Positions 36,507 to 47,682 of a stretch of 64,000 nucleotides of DNA are shown piece by piece. The stretch lies in NCBI GenBank assembly GCA_965603825.1, contig CBFDEM010000047.1, positions 248,001-312,000 on the forward strand. Direction: 5' to 3'. Source of the DNA: Blepharisma stoltei ATCC 30299 (Eukaryota > Protista > Ciliophora). How positions within the stretch are numbered: the first letter of the stretch is position 1; each line of letters opens with the position of its first letter. Made by a program: the position numbers and the translations under genes. The notes under the pieces were generated by a model that saw nothing but the letters and a program-made list of their open reading frames with translations, made no database searches and was not told where the DNA came from.

Positions 36507-37016
36507 ATGGTGAAGTGGTACCCTACAGAAGACTTCAAAAAGATCAAAACAAAGGAAGAACAGAAACCTACACGAATTAGAGGTGCCATCACCCCTGGCC
36601 AGGTTTTAATCCTCCTTGCTGGTAAGCACCAAGGCAAAAGAGTTGTCTTCATCAAACAACTTGAAAGTGGATTGCTATTGGTAACTGGGCCATACAAGCT
36701 TAATGGAGTTGCACTTAAACGAATTCCTCAGGCTTACACCATCCCTACATCAACAAAGCTCGATATTTCTGGCTTAGACACTTCAGATATCACTGATGCC
36801 TTCTTTGCTAAAGAAAAGAAAAAGGCTGCTAAAAGCGAGGAACAGTTCTTTGTTGCAAAGCCAAGCAAAAAAGAAGTCCCAGAGTTCAAGAAAGCTGCAC
36901 AGAAAAAACTCGATGGAAGTATTGCTTCAGCTATTAAGGATCCTTTGGTCAAGAAATATTTATCGACGAAATTTAGACTGAGAAATGGAATGTTCCCACA
37001 TTTGCTTAAGTTTTAA
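36507..37016 (+). CDS. RPL6: 60S ribosomal protein eL6
   Basis: ITPGQVLILLAGKHQGKRVVFIKQLESGLLLVTGPYKLNGV, FPHLLKF. Confidence 0.97.
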   Translation: MVKWYPTEDFKKIKTKEEQKPTRIRGAITPGQVLILLAGKHQGKRVVFIKQLESGLLLVTGPYKLNGVALKRIPQAYTIPTSTKLDISGLDTSDITDAFFAKEKKKAAKSEEQFFVAKPSKKEVPEFKKAAQKKLDGSIASAIKDPLVKKYLSTKFRLRNGMFPHLLKF

Positions 37017-37333
37017 TAGCTAATTTAGGTATTACACTTTTCAGCTAAATTGTCTTTGATATTTAATAAAAATAATAATCTAAGTGTTGCATTAATATAC
37101 AACATTTAATGGGATTTCTTCAAATATTATTGATTTATTCAGATAATAAATTCTTTAGAATCATAAAAAAACCTTTCTTGGTCTATATCGTTAAAGCATT
37201 GTTTTAAATGAGAATCATATAGGACTTTAAAATCATTTATAGCTAAAATAATGTTAAGAGTTCTTTTAAAATTTTTATATTCAAAATTCTCCATGAACTT
37301 CTATACCAAGTATTTTTGGTTAATTTTAAACAA

Positions 37334-39463
37334 ATGGCAAAAGTTAACCCAGAATTAAGAAAAGAAAGGTATGTCTCAGTTGGGCAGCGCGAACAAAGCT
37401 TATGAAAAGTCAGAGCAGCAGAACTTCAAAAAGAAGAGCCAAGGCTAAGAGAGAACCCTGATTATGCCAAAATTAAATGAATTCTATACCCAGATGACCA
37501 CTTTATTGAAATATGAAATGTTGTAACTACTTTGCTATTACTTTACACAGGAATTGTAAGTCCATATAGAATTGCTTTATATAATTATGATCCAATAGAG
37601 TGATACATAGCAGAACTAATTGTGAATTGTTTTTATTTTATTGATGTTATATTAAACTGCTTTCTTGCCTATTATGATCAGGACATGAACATTGTTGTCA
37701 GCCATAAAAAAATATTTTGCAATTATGCAAAAGGCTGACTTGTTTTGGACATTTTAGCATGTCTCCCGTACCAAGCCATGATCCAAACTTCAACAAATTA
37801 TTCCTCATTAGCAAGGATGGGAAGGCTGCCAAGAATATATAAATTGGTGAAAATGGGTAAACTGATGAGGATGATGAAATTGATTAAAACCAGGACAAGG
37901 GTTATGAGATATATGAATAGTATTTTACAGATCGACATTGGGATTGAAAGACTGGTATGGTTTTTCTTAACTTACTTGGTGCTCATACATTTACTTGCTT
38001 GCTTATGAATTTTCATTGGAAATCTCTATCTGAATTATGATTATAATAACTGAATCATGCAAAGCGGGTATCAAGATGAAGAGGGATTTGATTTATATAT
38101 AATCGCGTTTTATTGGTCCGTCACAACTTTATCGACTGTAGGATATGGAGAAATTCATGCTTGAAATCTCCCAGAACGCTTAGTCGCAACTCTAGTTATG
38201 GTTGTAGGGATATTTTTTTACTCATTCATTATTGGGTCATTAAGTAGCTTACTTACTAATTTAGATTCCCGTACATCGAAAATGAACAGAAAGCTGGACA
38301 TTCTCAAAAGCCTGTCAAGGCAATATAAGTTTAGCCCTGAGTTTTATTCAAAGATTTCTAATGCTATAGAGTACCACTATAAGCAAACCAAGCTTGATTT
38401 AGACGAAATTCTTGAGGACTTGCCTTTAAATTTAAGAACTCAGCTTTTGCTAGTCATTTATCAACAAATGCTCGAAAATAATGCTTTTTTCGAACATAAA
38501 CCGTCATATTTTGTTGCTTACGTAGCTCCTCTATTGAAGCCTCAGCGGGTTGAGGAAGGAGAAATTATCTATAAGAAAGGCGATTTTGCCTCCGAAATGT
38601 ATTTCATTGTCAGCGGACAAGTGGCAATGATGACTGCTGTAAGTGGAGGAGAAATGATACCTTTCAATGTACTAACAGAAGGATATTATTTCGGAGAAAT
38701 TGATATTTTGTTTTCTGAGGAAAAAGAAAGGCTTTATGATGTAAAAGCGTTGGAATCTTCTGAGCTTTTAATATTCCCAAGAGATGATTTTGAAACTATG
38801 CTTAAAATGTTTACAGAAGAGTGTATAGAAGTTCTGGCTCTTGCTCAGCAAAGGCATCAGAGATTAAAAGAAAAATGCGAAGAAGCAGAAAAAGAGTTCT
38901 TGGAAAGGAAAAGAATTAAAAGATTTCAGAGCTTTCCTAATGCCATATTCTCAAAAGAGGAGTTCTTAAACCAAGCCAAAAAGGGCTTGAAAATGGAAGA
39001 AGCAGAAGAAATCGAAGAAGAAGAAAATGAAATTCACACCGATGATGAACAAAAAAATAGCAATGAAGAAGAGCAGATAGATGCGCCTGCTATAAATGAA
39101 GAAACAAATCCAGAAACAGCTCGACCAGAAGACAATAAAATAGCTTGATTTGAAAACTTGAAAAAAAATAAATCACTGTACCATGAAATTCTGGGAGACA
39201 CACTCGGAATCAACGAAGAAGAAGAGCTCAAGAAAAAAGTTTCTAAGCTGGAAAGAAGGGTTGAAGAAGTGAAAAATGCTATTGTTGCAATAGCAGATGT
39301 GCTTGGCCTTGGATGGGCTATTGACTCTGAAAAAACGACGCCATCAGCAACTTTAACTTCTTTGCAAACTAGCTTTAATTCGTCAGCAGGCCAAGGATTA
39401 ATGGCAAAGCTACTAAAAGAAGTAAGCAAAATTAGCCAAAAGGGGGAACATCACCCCTCATAG
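37334..39463 (+). CDS. cyclic-nucleotide-binding-domain K+ channel (EAG/CNBD-like)
   Basis: With nine TGA=W the frame is continuous from ATG 37334. S4 ARMGRLPRIYKL, pore FYWSVTTLSTVGYGE, CNBD EMYFIVSG..GYYFGEI. Confidence 0.92.
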
Positions 39464-39971
39464 TTTTCACGAGTTGAATTTTAAACAAAATTGTAAAGAT
39501 TTAGATATTGATTTAACGTAAATTAGAAATTTTAAAAATCCCTTTGAAAAAATTCACTAATCCTTTCTTGATTGAAATTTTTATCATAAGTTCAGCCTTT
39601 CCCTTATTTGATCATTCGAATAATTATAATACAAGAAGATACAATTATATATGCAAAATTATGATGTTGAAAGCACTTTATTATATTGAATAATCCTAAA
39701 GAAGAAAATCTTATGAGGGTTTACGCTTGAGCTATAATTAAAAAGCAATTTAATTGTCAACTAATTTGTCTGCTCCAGAAATCTTGGCTCTTAGTAGTCT
39801 TTCATTAAATAATGGCCCAAATTAAATATCTCTGGTCTAATTAAAATTAATAAAGTTAACTCACTATACAAATCAGTATACAAATTAATTATGATAGAGT
39901 AAGCTAGATATATATTTTTCTTATAATTACTTTAATTATCAATTTTATGGGTTTATTAAAATTTTTCCAGT

Positions 39972-40970
39972 ATGGCTAATAAAATGTTATTAATTCTGAT
40001 CATATTTTCTGCTCTGAATTTTTCCTTTGCAGACAAAAAGTGTTATGCTTTATCAATAGAAGGAGGTGGTAGTCACGGAGCATTTGAAGCTGGGGCATTA
40101 TGACAACTTATAAATTCTCTTCCTCCGGATGAAGTTTTGTACAATGTAGTGACTGGAATTTCAACTGGAGCTTTGAATGCTGCAGGAGTATCATTTTTCC
40201 CAATAGGTAGTGAAAAAGAAATGGCTGATTTTGTAGTTCAAACATGGCTCAATATTAATAATAGCTCAACAATCTTCGAAGAATGAAATGATGGAATCAT
40301 AGGAGGTCTTTTCTTTCATTCTGGTTTGTATAATAATGCGCCATTAAAAAAATTTGTGAAAGAAAGGTCACAACGTGGAATACATAGAAATATTACTGTC
40401 GGATCCACTAATTTAGATACTGGACTATATGGACAATTTAATGAGTCTTTAGGCAATGAAAATATGACCACAGCAATTTTATGCTCAGCTGACCCTCCTG
40501 CATATTTTCCACCAACATGGTTTCAAGGACATAATTGAGCAGATGGAGGGTGCATTATCAATTTAGATGTCTTTGCTGCTGTAAATCGATGCTTAGATAT
40601 TGTAAGTAATCAAAGTGACATTATTGTTGACCTTCTGTTTGACACACCTGATGAAGGACTAACAGAAGTATATAATTTTACAACTTTATCAGTAATAAGT
40701 AGAATTCGGGAAATTAAAGCTTCAGACACAAATTTATGGTTTTTATATAATGCTGTTAATGCATGGCCAGATGTGAATTTCCGATATATTATATTGCCAA
40801 GTCAAAAAATGCCAGGAGGATATGTACCATTGGATTTTGATCGAAAAGTAATTGAATGGGAAATTGAGCTTGGCAAAAATGACACTAAAAAAGCTTTGGG
40901 TTCTCTAAAAAGCGGTAAAGAAAGCTTAAAAGATAGGTTTAAAAAGAAAGACAATATTATATATCCATAA
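39972..40970 (+). CDS. secreted patatin-like phospholipase
   Basis: Signal peptide; EGGGSHGAF, VTGISTGALN (GxSxG), N-W(TGA)-ADGG. Start could be 39984. Confidence 0.88.
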
Positions 40971-41098
40971 TCCACCATATAAATATCAATTAGTTTTTCA
41001 AGTAGTTTGATTATTTAATAAATTATCCAATTAGCATAGTTTTTTTTTGATTGGACTTTTATTTTTTAAAAATGCACTGATAGTATCATAATTAAATT

Positions 41099-41635
41099 AT
41101 GGGCCATTACACAAACCTCCCAATTTTAAAACCGAACAGATTATTAAACATGCCAATTTTTGCTCAGAATAAGCACAAAAAATCAATATCATTAAACCAC
41201 AGTCTTATAAGCTCAGACAAAAGCAAGGCTCTCGATATAAATAAATCATATACATTAATCACAAAAGATCAAATAATTGACTGCATGAAGAGCTCCCAAT
41301 CTTTCAAAACTATGTTTGTAAAAGATAATAACAAAGATAAGCATAAAACTATTGAAAAGACTATGAATGCTTTAGCAGCAATTCAAAGAAAAGTATATAG
41401 AATTCACAGTCTAAAACAAACTTCAAACTGTAGTTTTAATTCCGTGATCCCTGCTCCTAAAACTTATGGAAAGAAAAAGCTTAAAAGATGCACCTCATAT
41501 GCACCTCGTATAAAAATATGATCTAAAACATCAGAAAAGCCTAATGATGTCTTTAAGTCAAGCTTATCCGCTTGAATGATAGAAGAAACAAAACGAGATT
41601 TGTTAACGCCGTCTCCAAGAATTAATATTAAATAA
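41099..41635 (+). CDS. hypothetical basic protein
   Basis: ORF extends through two TGA to TAA at 41633-41635. Confidence 0.55.
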
Positions 41636-41819
41636 AATCGAATAATCATTGACTTAATTAAGTCATAAACCTTAGTTTTAACTCAAAAGTCCAGATTAAA
41701 CAAAAAAGTTCAATAAAGCATTAATTTAAACCTTCAAAATTTTTTGGAATTTTTATTTTTAAAATGTATAAAACATTTTTTAGGTTCCTGATGATTAATT
41801 AAATTGATTTAAAATTCAA

Positions 41820-42481
41820 ATGAAGAATAGAATTAGAAAGCAAGAAGAGCTGCATACATATTCAGCATTGAGTGAAATTATGCTGAGGTTAAAAAAGAAA
41901 GGATATATAGACAAGCTTCAGCAAATCTTCCTAGCAATATACCAAAATGAAAAATCAGAGGACAATCTTTATTCTGAAAAACTCAAAGAAGGAATAAAAC
42001 TAATAGTTAATGGCTTATTGGAAGAAATTTTCAAAGAAAATATCCCTGAAAACTTCTCAGCTCCTTCAACTCCTGTTTTTGAACCTTCAAGAACCCCAGT
42101 CCAGTTAAAAGTTCCTAGCAGCTTATCAAGAAATTCTCCTTCCTCACATGGCTCAAGCCAAATGAAAGCATCTGTTTCCCAAAAGCAATCTATTTATACT
42201 TTGCTTTTGAGAAATGAAAATGAACTTGCGAGTTTTTCAGAATTCAATACAATTGCCGGTCCATCGACTTTTGGAAAAGCAAAACGAGAAATAAGCCTGG
42301 AAAAGAGAAATAACTCACCTGGGCCGGCTGCGCATATATAGCTGAGCCTCTTATGGTAAAACAAAATTCTCCAAAGGTTGTGATACCGAAGGCAGGGAAA
42401 AGAATTGATTTTGTAAATAATTTAGGAAATCCAGCGCCAAATAGTTATTATCCTTCCAAGCGATTTATTTCTAAAAGATAG
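41820..42481 (+). CDS. SHIPPO-repeat-containing protein with apparent 2-nt frameshift near 42330
   Basis: STFGKAKR..NSPGPAA then TAG 42339-42341. Another frame continues AEPLMVKQNSPKVVIPKAGKR..NPAPNSYYP to TAG 42479-42481. Confidence 0.55.
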
Positions 42482-42604
42482 AGAAATTCTACAATTGAAA
42501 AACATTGATGCGGAATCCTAATGAATTTATTATAATCTTGAAAATGGCAATTTTAATATGAAATATTTATAATTTTCTCTACATTTAAATAGTAAAGAGG
42601 TCAA

Positions 42605-43129
42605 CTAATCTTGTATTTTCATCGTATAATTTCCGTCTTGCTGGCAATAAACCTCTGATACCACAGTTCCGAATTCCAAAATTCCCTTCTCTTTAATGGA
42701 AGGCTCTAGAACTTCCCAAATTGTATCAGCTATGTATTTGGCAAGTTCTTCTGTAGAGGTATTATATATAGGCAATAAGGTGCACACTCTTTTCGGGAGC
42801 TCATAAAATGTGTTATGAAGTGCATTAATTCTAATGTGGTCCTCAAGGTCAATAACAGGCAAAATCGTAGATTTTGACGCAACCAAAACTTTATTGTGGA
42901 AGTTTTGGCATAAGTTTTTGAGCTCTCTTTTCACAACTGAAAAATCGACCACAAAACCATCCGCTCCTAGTCTTTTTGATTTTATTGTTACTGCAATAGT
43001 GTAGCCATGCCCATGAAGTTCTTCTTGTCAATTTTGGCCTGCGAGAATATGGGCAGCGTCAAAAGAACAAGTTTTATGATAAACTTTTAGTTCATATGAT
43101 TGAGAAATTTTTCCTTCTTCTATTGACAT
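42605..43129 (-). CDS. 6-pyruvoyl-tetrahydropterin synthase family, PTPS-III-type
   Basis: SFDAAHI, N-W(TGA)-QEELHGHGY, GFVVDFSVVK, NTSTEELAKYI, VSE. Confidence 0.85.
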
Positions 43130-43202
43130 TATAATGGTTGGTTTATTATGATCTATTTACTTAGCTTTAAATTTGAAATTTTAATAATTTATAGTCACAC
43201 TA

Positions 43203-44909
43203 TTAAATGATAAAACTACTTACAACTCTTCTTTTAATTTTTCTTTCTCCTGTATTTATTTTTGGATTTTCTTTACTAATTGATGTCCCTTCATCTATAT
43301 TTTCAGGAGATTTGCCTTTTGAAAGTTTTTTTGGCTCAATTTTGATAGAAATTAATTTCTTATACGGTGATGAACTTCCCGATCTTATTCCATGCATAAA
43401 TGAACAAGATAAAGGAGCTGAAAATTCTCTGGTAATATCTTCAGATGCAATCGCAAATGAATAAAAATTCTTCGGGTCAATATTTTCCCTCTTTCCTGTT
43501 GTCTCATCATTTACTTTTTTACTTTTCATTACTATTCCACTTGAGTTTGTGGATAAAAAAGACATGTCTTGGGTATTTACCCTCAATTGATTTTCTTTAA
43601 AATGATTAAACCCTGTAAAAGGGTCAGAGTTTGTATACTTATGATGTTTTTTAAGCGTAGATTTTGCTGGGTCTGGATTTAAGCTTATATAAGAAAGATC
43701 AAAATTTGAGGAAGCTAAATTGGGAGTCAAAGGTGGAGAAATCTTTTTCTTTAATAATCCTTCCCATTCTATATCTTTGCATCAGGAATGGGATTTTATT
43801 TCTTCAGCCCCTATTTTGCTTCCTAGTCTTTTTTCTGGATTTTTATCAAGTAATTTTCGCAGGAGATCTTTTGCACTGCTGCTAATATAATAAGGTACAG
43901 TTACTTCTTCATTTTGAATATTTCAGTGCATTTTCTGTTTATCTGGATCATAAAACGGCGGAAGACCTGTTAGCATTTCATATAAGAGAGAGCCCAAACT
44001 GTAAAAATCGACACCACGGCCATGGCCAGCCTTCTGAAGCATTTCTGGGCACATGTACTCTGGAGATCCACAGTAGCTGTACGTTCTTTCTCTATTTCGA
44101 ATATTTTCTTTTGAAAGGCCAAAATCAGTGATTTTGATATGCCCATCAATATCTAATAATACATTTTCTGGCTTCAAATCTCTGTATACTATATTTCTTC
44201 CATGCAAATATTCTAAACCAAGCAATATCTCTCCAAAATAGAACTTTGCTTGGTTTTCTGTGAACCTCCCAAGCCTATGCAAATGATAAAACAACTCGCC
44301 ACCAGGGCAAAAATCAAGCACCAAATTAAGTTCGCTTGGAGTTTGAAAAGCCCAGTGAAGTTCTATTATAAAGGGATGATGCGAGTTTATCATGATATTT
44401 CTTTCAGCAAGAACTTGCGTAACCTTATCTTGATTTAAAACAAAATCTTTACTCATTGTTTTTATTGCGTATAACTTCCCAGTATCTTTTTTTCTTACTT
44501 CAATGACTTTAGAAAAGCCTCCTTTTCCGATTAGTTTGACGGGATTAAAATGTGATCAGTCTATATTCCCAGTAGCATTTTCTTTGAAAACTGCAACAAG
44601 TTCTTCTTCATCGCTTACAGGGTCCAAAGGACGATCATACGAATTGAGTCAGGCGTCAATAATTTCCAAGTTATTTTTTGTACACAAGGCAACTATTTGA
44701 GGCTCACTGTCGTATTGTCGAATGACTTCTGAGAAGAGTCAGCCACAAGTTAGGGACTCTTCGCGTATTGGAATTGCAATTAAATCCCAATTAATCCGAA
44801 CCCGAAAAACTTTCATGGGAACTCTCTTTAGGAGAGAATTTGATGATTGAGGCTGTAATGAACGTGTTTGTCTTGTTCCTTTATTGCTATTAGACGGTGA
44901 TTGGCCCAT
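43203..44909 (-). CDS. AGC-family Ser/Thr kinase (PKB/S6K/SGK-like) with N-terminal ubiquitin-like-fold domain
   Basis: GKGGFSKV, YAIK, YRDLKPEN, TDFGLSK, CGSPEY; five TGA=W; N-terminus MGQSPS. Confidence 0.92.
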
Positions 44910-45004
44910 TATCTAAATTTATTAAAATGATATTTTGAGTTAATCATCAACGGACATTAAATAGAATAAATATGAGCCAAAGGAAAGATATAGATTAGAT
45001 TAAA

Positions 45005-45430
45005 TTAGATTATGCTGCTCGTCGTTCGAAGGGCCAAGAGCTCGCCCCAAATGCTCATTATCCCATATGATCCAAGCAGATACCTTCCCTCTTACCAAAG
45101 CAGGGTCTTGCAAAACCACTGGCTCCTGAATACTTAGAAATCGATTTTATGACGCTTAAATCCCACTATCTAATACGCAAATACTGTTTTGCAGGTTTTC
45201 GAGAAGTCTACACTGCTCTACTCTCCACGTCTCTCTCTGATCATGCCGTTTTGATCAATTGCCGGTTAAAATCCATTCCTATTGTCTAACACCTTGAGAC
45301 GCAAGAAAAGCTAATGCTCGATATGCAGCAAGGGCACCGCGCATTATCTTAGCTTGATTTTTCTAATGGGTGCTCCTTGCACGTGCTGAGTAAAATTGCC
45401 CCAATAGGTTGGGCGGTCATCTCTCTGTAA
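45005..45430. other. GC-elevated structured non-coding island (candidate ncRNA or uORF-rich leader)
   Basis: No long ORF even with TGA=W. Several inverted repeats (45328-45338/45369-45380; 45109-45116/45186-45193; 45400-45404/45409-45413) and tandem short minus-strand ORFs. Confidence 0.45.
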
Positions 45431-46005
45431 TATTAATGTACATATAAAGATATAGATAAAAGTTAAGATTTTAACTTTAAAAAGACTAAACAGCTTAGTT
45501 TGCTATTGATAATTGAATTTAACAGAAATTATGAAATTCCTATCACTTCATGCATTTCATTTTTTATCCCATATCCTTGTTTTATCAAAATAATTAACTT
45601 CAATTATTTTCTATTTTATAAGATTTAAGCAATTAGCAATTTTAGATGAGATTTGCAAACGAGTATTCATATTATTTTCTATATATGAGCTCTTTTATAA
45701 TTTAATGTGAGGCCTTTCTCATCTCAATATCTATAGCAGTTAATTATTGATGAAAAATCAATTCTAATTAAAAAGCAATCCAATAAAGATAATAAAATTT
45801 AGCTGGCAGTTCAATGAAGAATAATATCTTCTCTCTTGCTATAAATACAAGAGCTATATCTACAGGAGCAATTAGTACTATAAGCTAACTAATTTTTAAC
45901 TAAATAATCAGTTATTAATGATTAAATTAATTTTCTAAAATTTTTTATATAAATGGCAGAATTTTATTCAAATTTATTCATAATCAAATTATCATAACTA
46001 AATTA

Positions 46006-46500
46006 TTATCTATTTAATTTTTTTTGGATAAAAGGAATATTTTCTTTATTGAAATCTTCAGGATTGAAGCTTTTAGCTTGTGCACTAAGCTTTGCTGATT
46101 TCTTTTTAAAAATTTGAATTGATTTAATTACTTCGTTGTAAAAGGAGAGCCCAAGCTCTGAAGAAAGAGATAAAGGAGATTTCGAGACTTGATTTTTAAT
46201 TTCTTGCTCAAAGTTCAAATCTTGAAAAAGCATGCTAAGATTCACAGATTCAGATTTTATTTGAGAACTTTTTTTAAAAAGATATGTGTGGAGACGGCTT
46301 TCAAAAGGTGTAATTTGGGGTGATAGAGAAAATTTTAAGGTCTTATATGAATTTGGTGTATCTTGAATCGAAGAATTTTCAAAATCGCTAGAATCAGAGG
46401 ATAGCTGAGGTTTAAGATTGCACAGGGTTGTTTCTAAGGCATCGTCAATTAGAAATTTTGGAAGTAGTAGGCTTAAGTGTTCAGTTGGAATTTCAATCAT
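46006..46500 (-). CDS. hypothetical protein with C-terminal PAM2-like motif
   Basis: 164-aa ATG..TAA ORF. KLSAQAKSFNP resembles the PAM2 consensus (LxxxAxxFxP). Confidence 0.55.
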   Translation of the reverse strand: MIEIPTEHLSLLLPKFLIDDALETTLCNLKPQLSSDSSDFENSSIQDTPNSYKTLKFSLSPQITPFESRLHTYLFKKSSQIKSESVNLSMLFQDLNFEQEIKNQVSKSPLSLSSELGLSFYNEVIKSIQIFKKKSAKLSAQAKSFNPEDFNKENIPFIQKKLNR

Positions 46501-46765
46501 TTTTTTAAATTTAAATATTTTGATTTGAATAATAAAAGTTAAGATGAAAAAATGGGAATTTAATTGATGCTAAAGATGGCTTTGAATTTATTAAATTTCC
46601 TAATATAAGTTTGAAATTGTATTCAGTTTTTTAATTTTAATTAAAATACTACTATTTATACTTTTGAATCTTAATTTGCCCTTTATATTACTTACTCTTG
46701 TGAATTGTAAGCTTTTTAATAAAAGCTGAAGAAAAATTTAAAAATAATTTTGATAAGAGCATAAC

Positions 46766-47629
46766 TTATAACTTAAATTTTATCGCGGATGTACCGCATT
46801 TCTCCCTTTTTTTTTTCTTCAACTTCACTCTATAAATAAATGTTTTTATTTCGTCATCTACTTCCCCAAATTCTCCAGCATGTTCCTCTTTCATCCAAAC
46901 AACAAATTTCTTCACATATAGCTCAACATCATGCACCACAAATCTTCTTCTGATCACCTCCTCTAGCATTCCATTTTTCCCTAACTCCATTAATAAATCA
47001 GCTCTTTCATCTTCATTCAAAAGACAATCATTAAACAGGTGGATTTCTTTCTCATTTCACTTACATTTCTCATATTTGGAACTCTGTTTTAAATGCCTTA
47101 AATTCTGCGAATACGATGCTGCATTAAAACCAGCCCTTAATCTGAGGATATCTGCAACCTTCTGCCTTCTATGCGAGTTTAAATATAAAGATGGGTTCCC
47201 CTCAATTTTATCTTTCCCTTCACTTAAGGCCATAATTAATCTCGTCGTTCCTCTCGCTTCGGCTTCAATTTTCAAGGGTTTATCATACCTTTCACTTTTC
47301 CCGCCAAAATTCAAATTACCATCATTCTCAATTACTACTTTTTCGCGGGCACTCTCATCTTTATCTTGACCTTCACCTTTTTCGGCAAGTTCTTCCTCTA
47401 CATCGTTTCCTGCATTATCTAAGCTTTCTTTTTCATATTCCGCATCTTCAGATTCATAATCTCTGCTCTTATTACAATTTTCTTCTCCATAATCCAGACT
47501 TTCTTCATCAGTATAAAATTCTTCATATTCACCTTCAATAATTCCATCAATTCCATATTCTCCGCAATCTCTATAGTCCTCATCGTATCTTTCGTAGTTT
47601 TCATAGTTATCATAGTATAATATCCAGTT
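46766..47629 (-). CDS. hypothetical protein with acidic N-terminal region; start uncertain
   Basis: Stop-free (TGA=W) from 47629 to TAA 46766; first in-frame ATG only at 47233. Confidence 0.5.
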
Positions 47630-47682
47630 TTACTTATTGCTAGATAATTTTATAATTCCTAATTATTTTAGAAATAGTCAAG

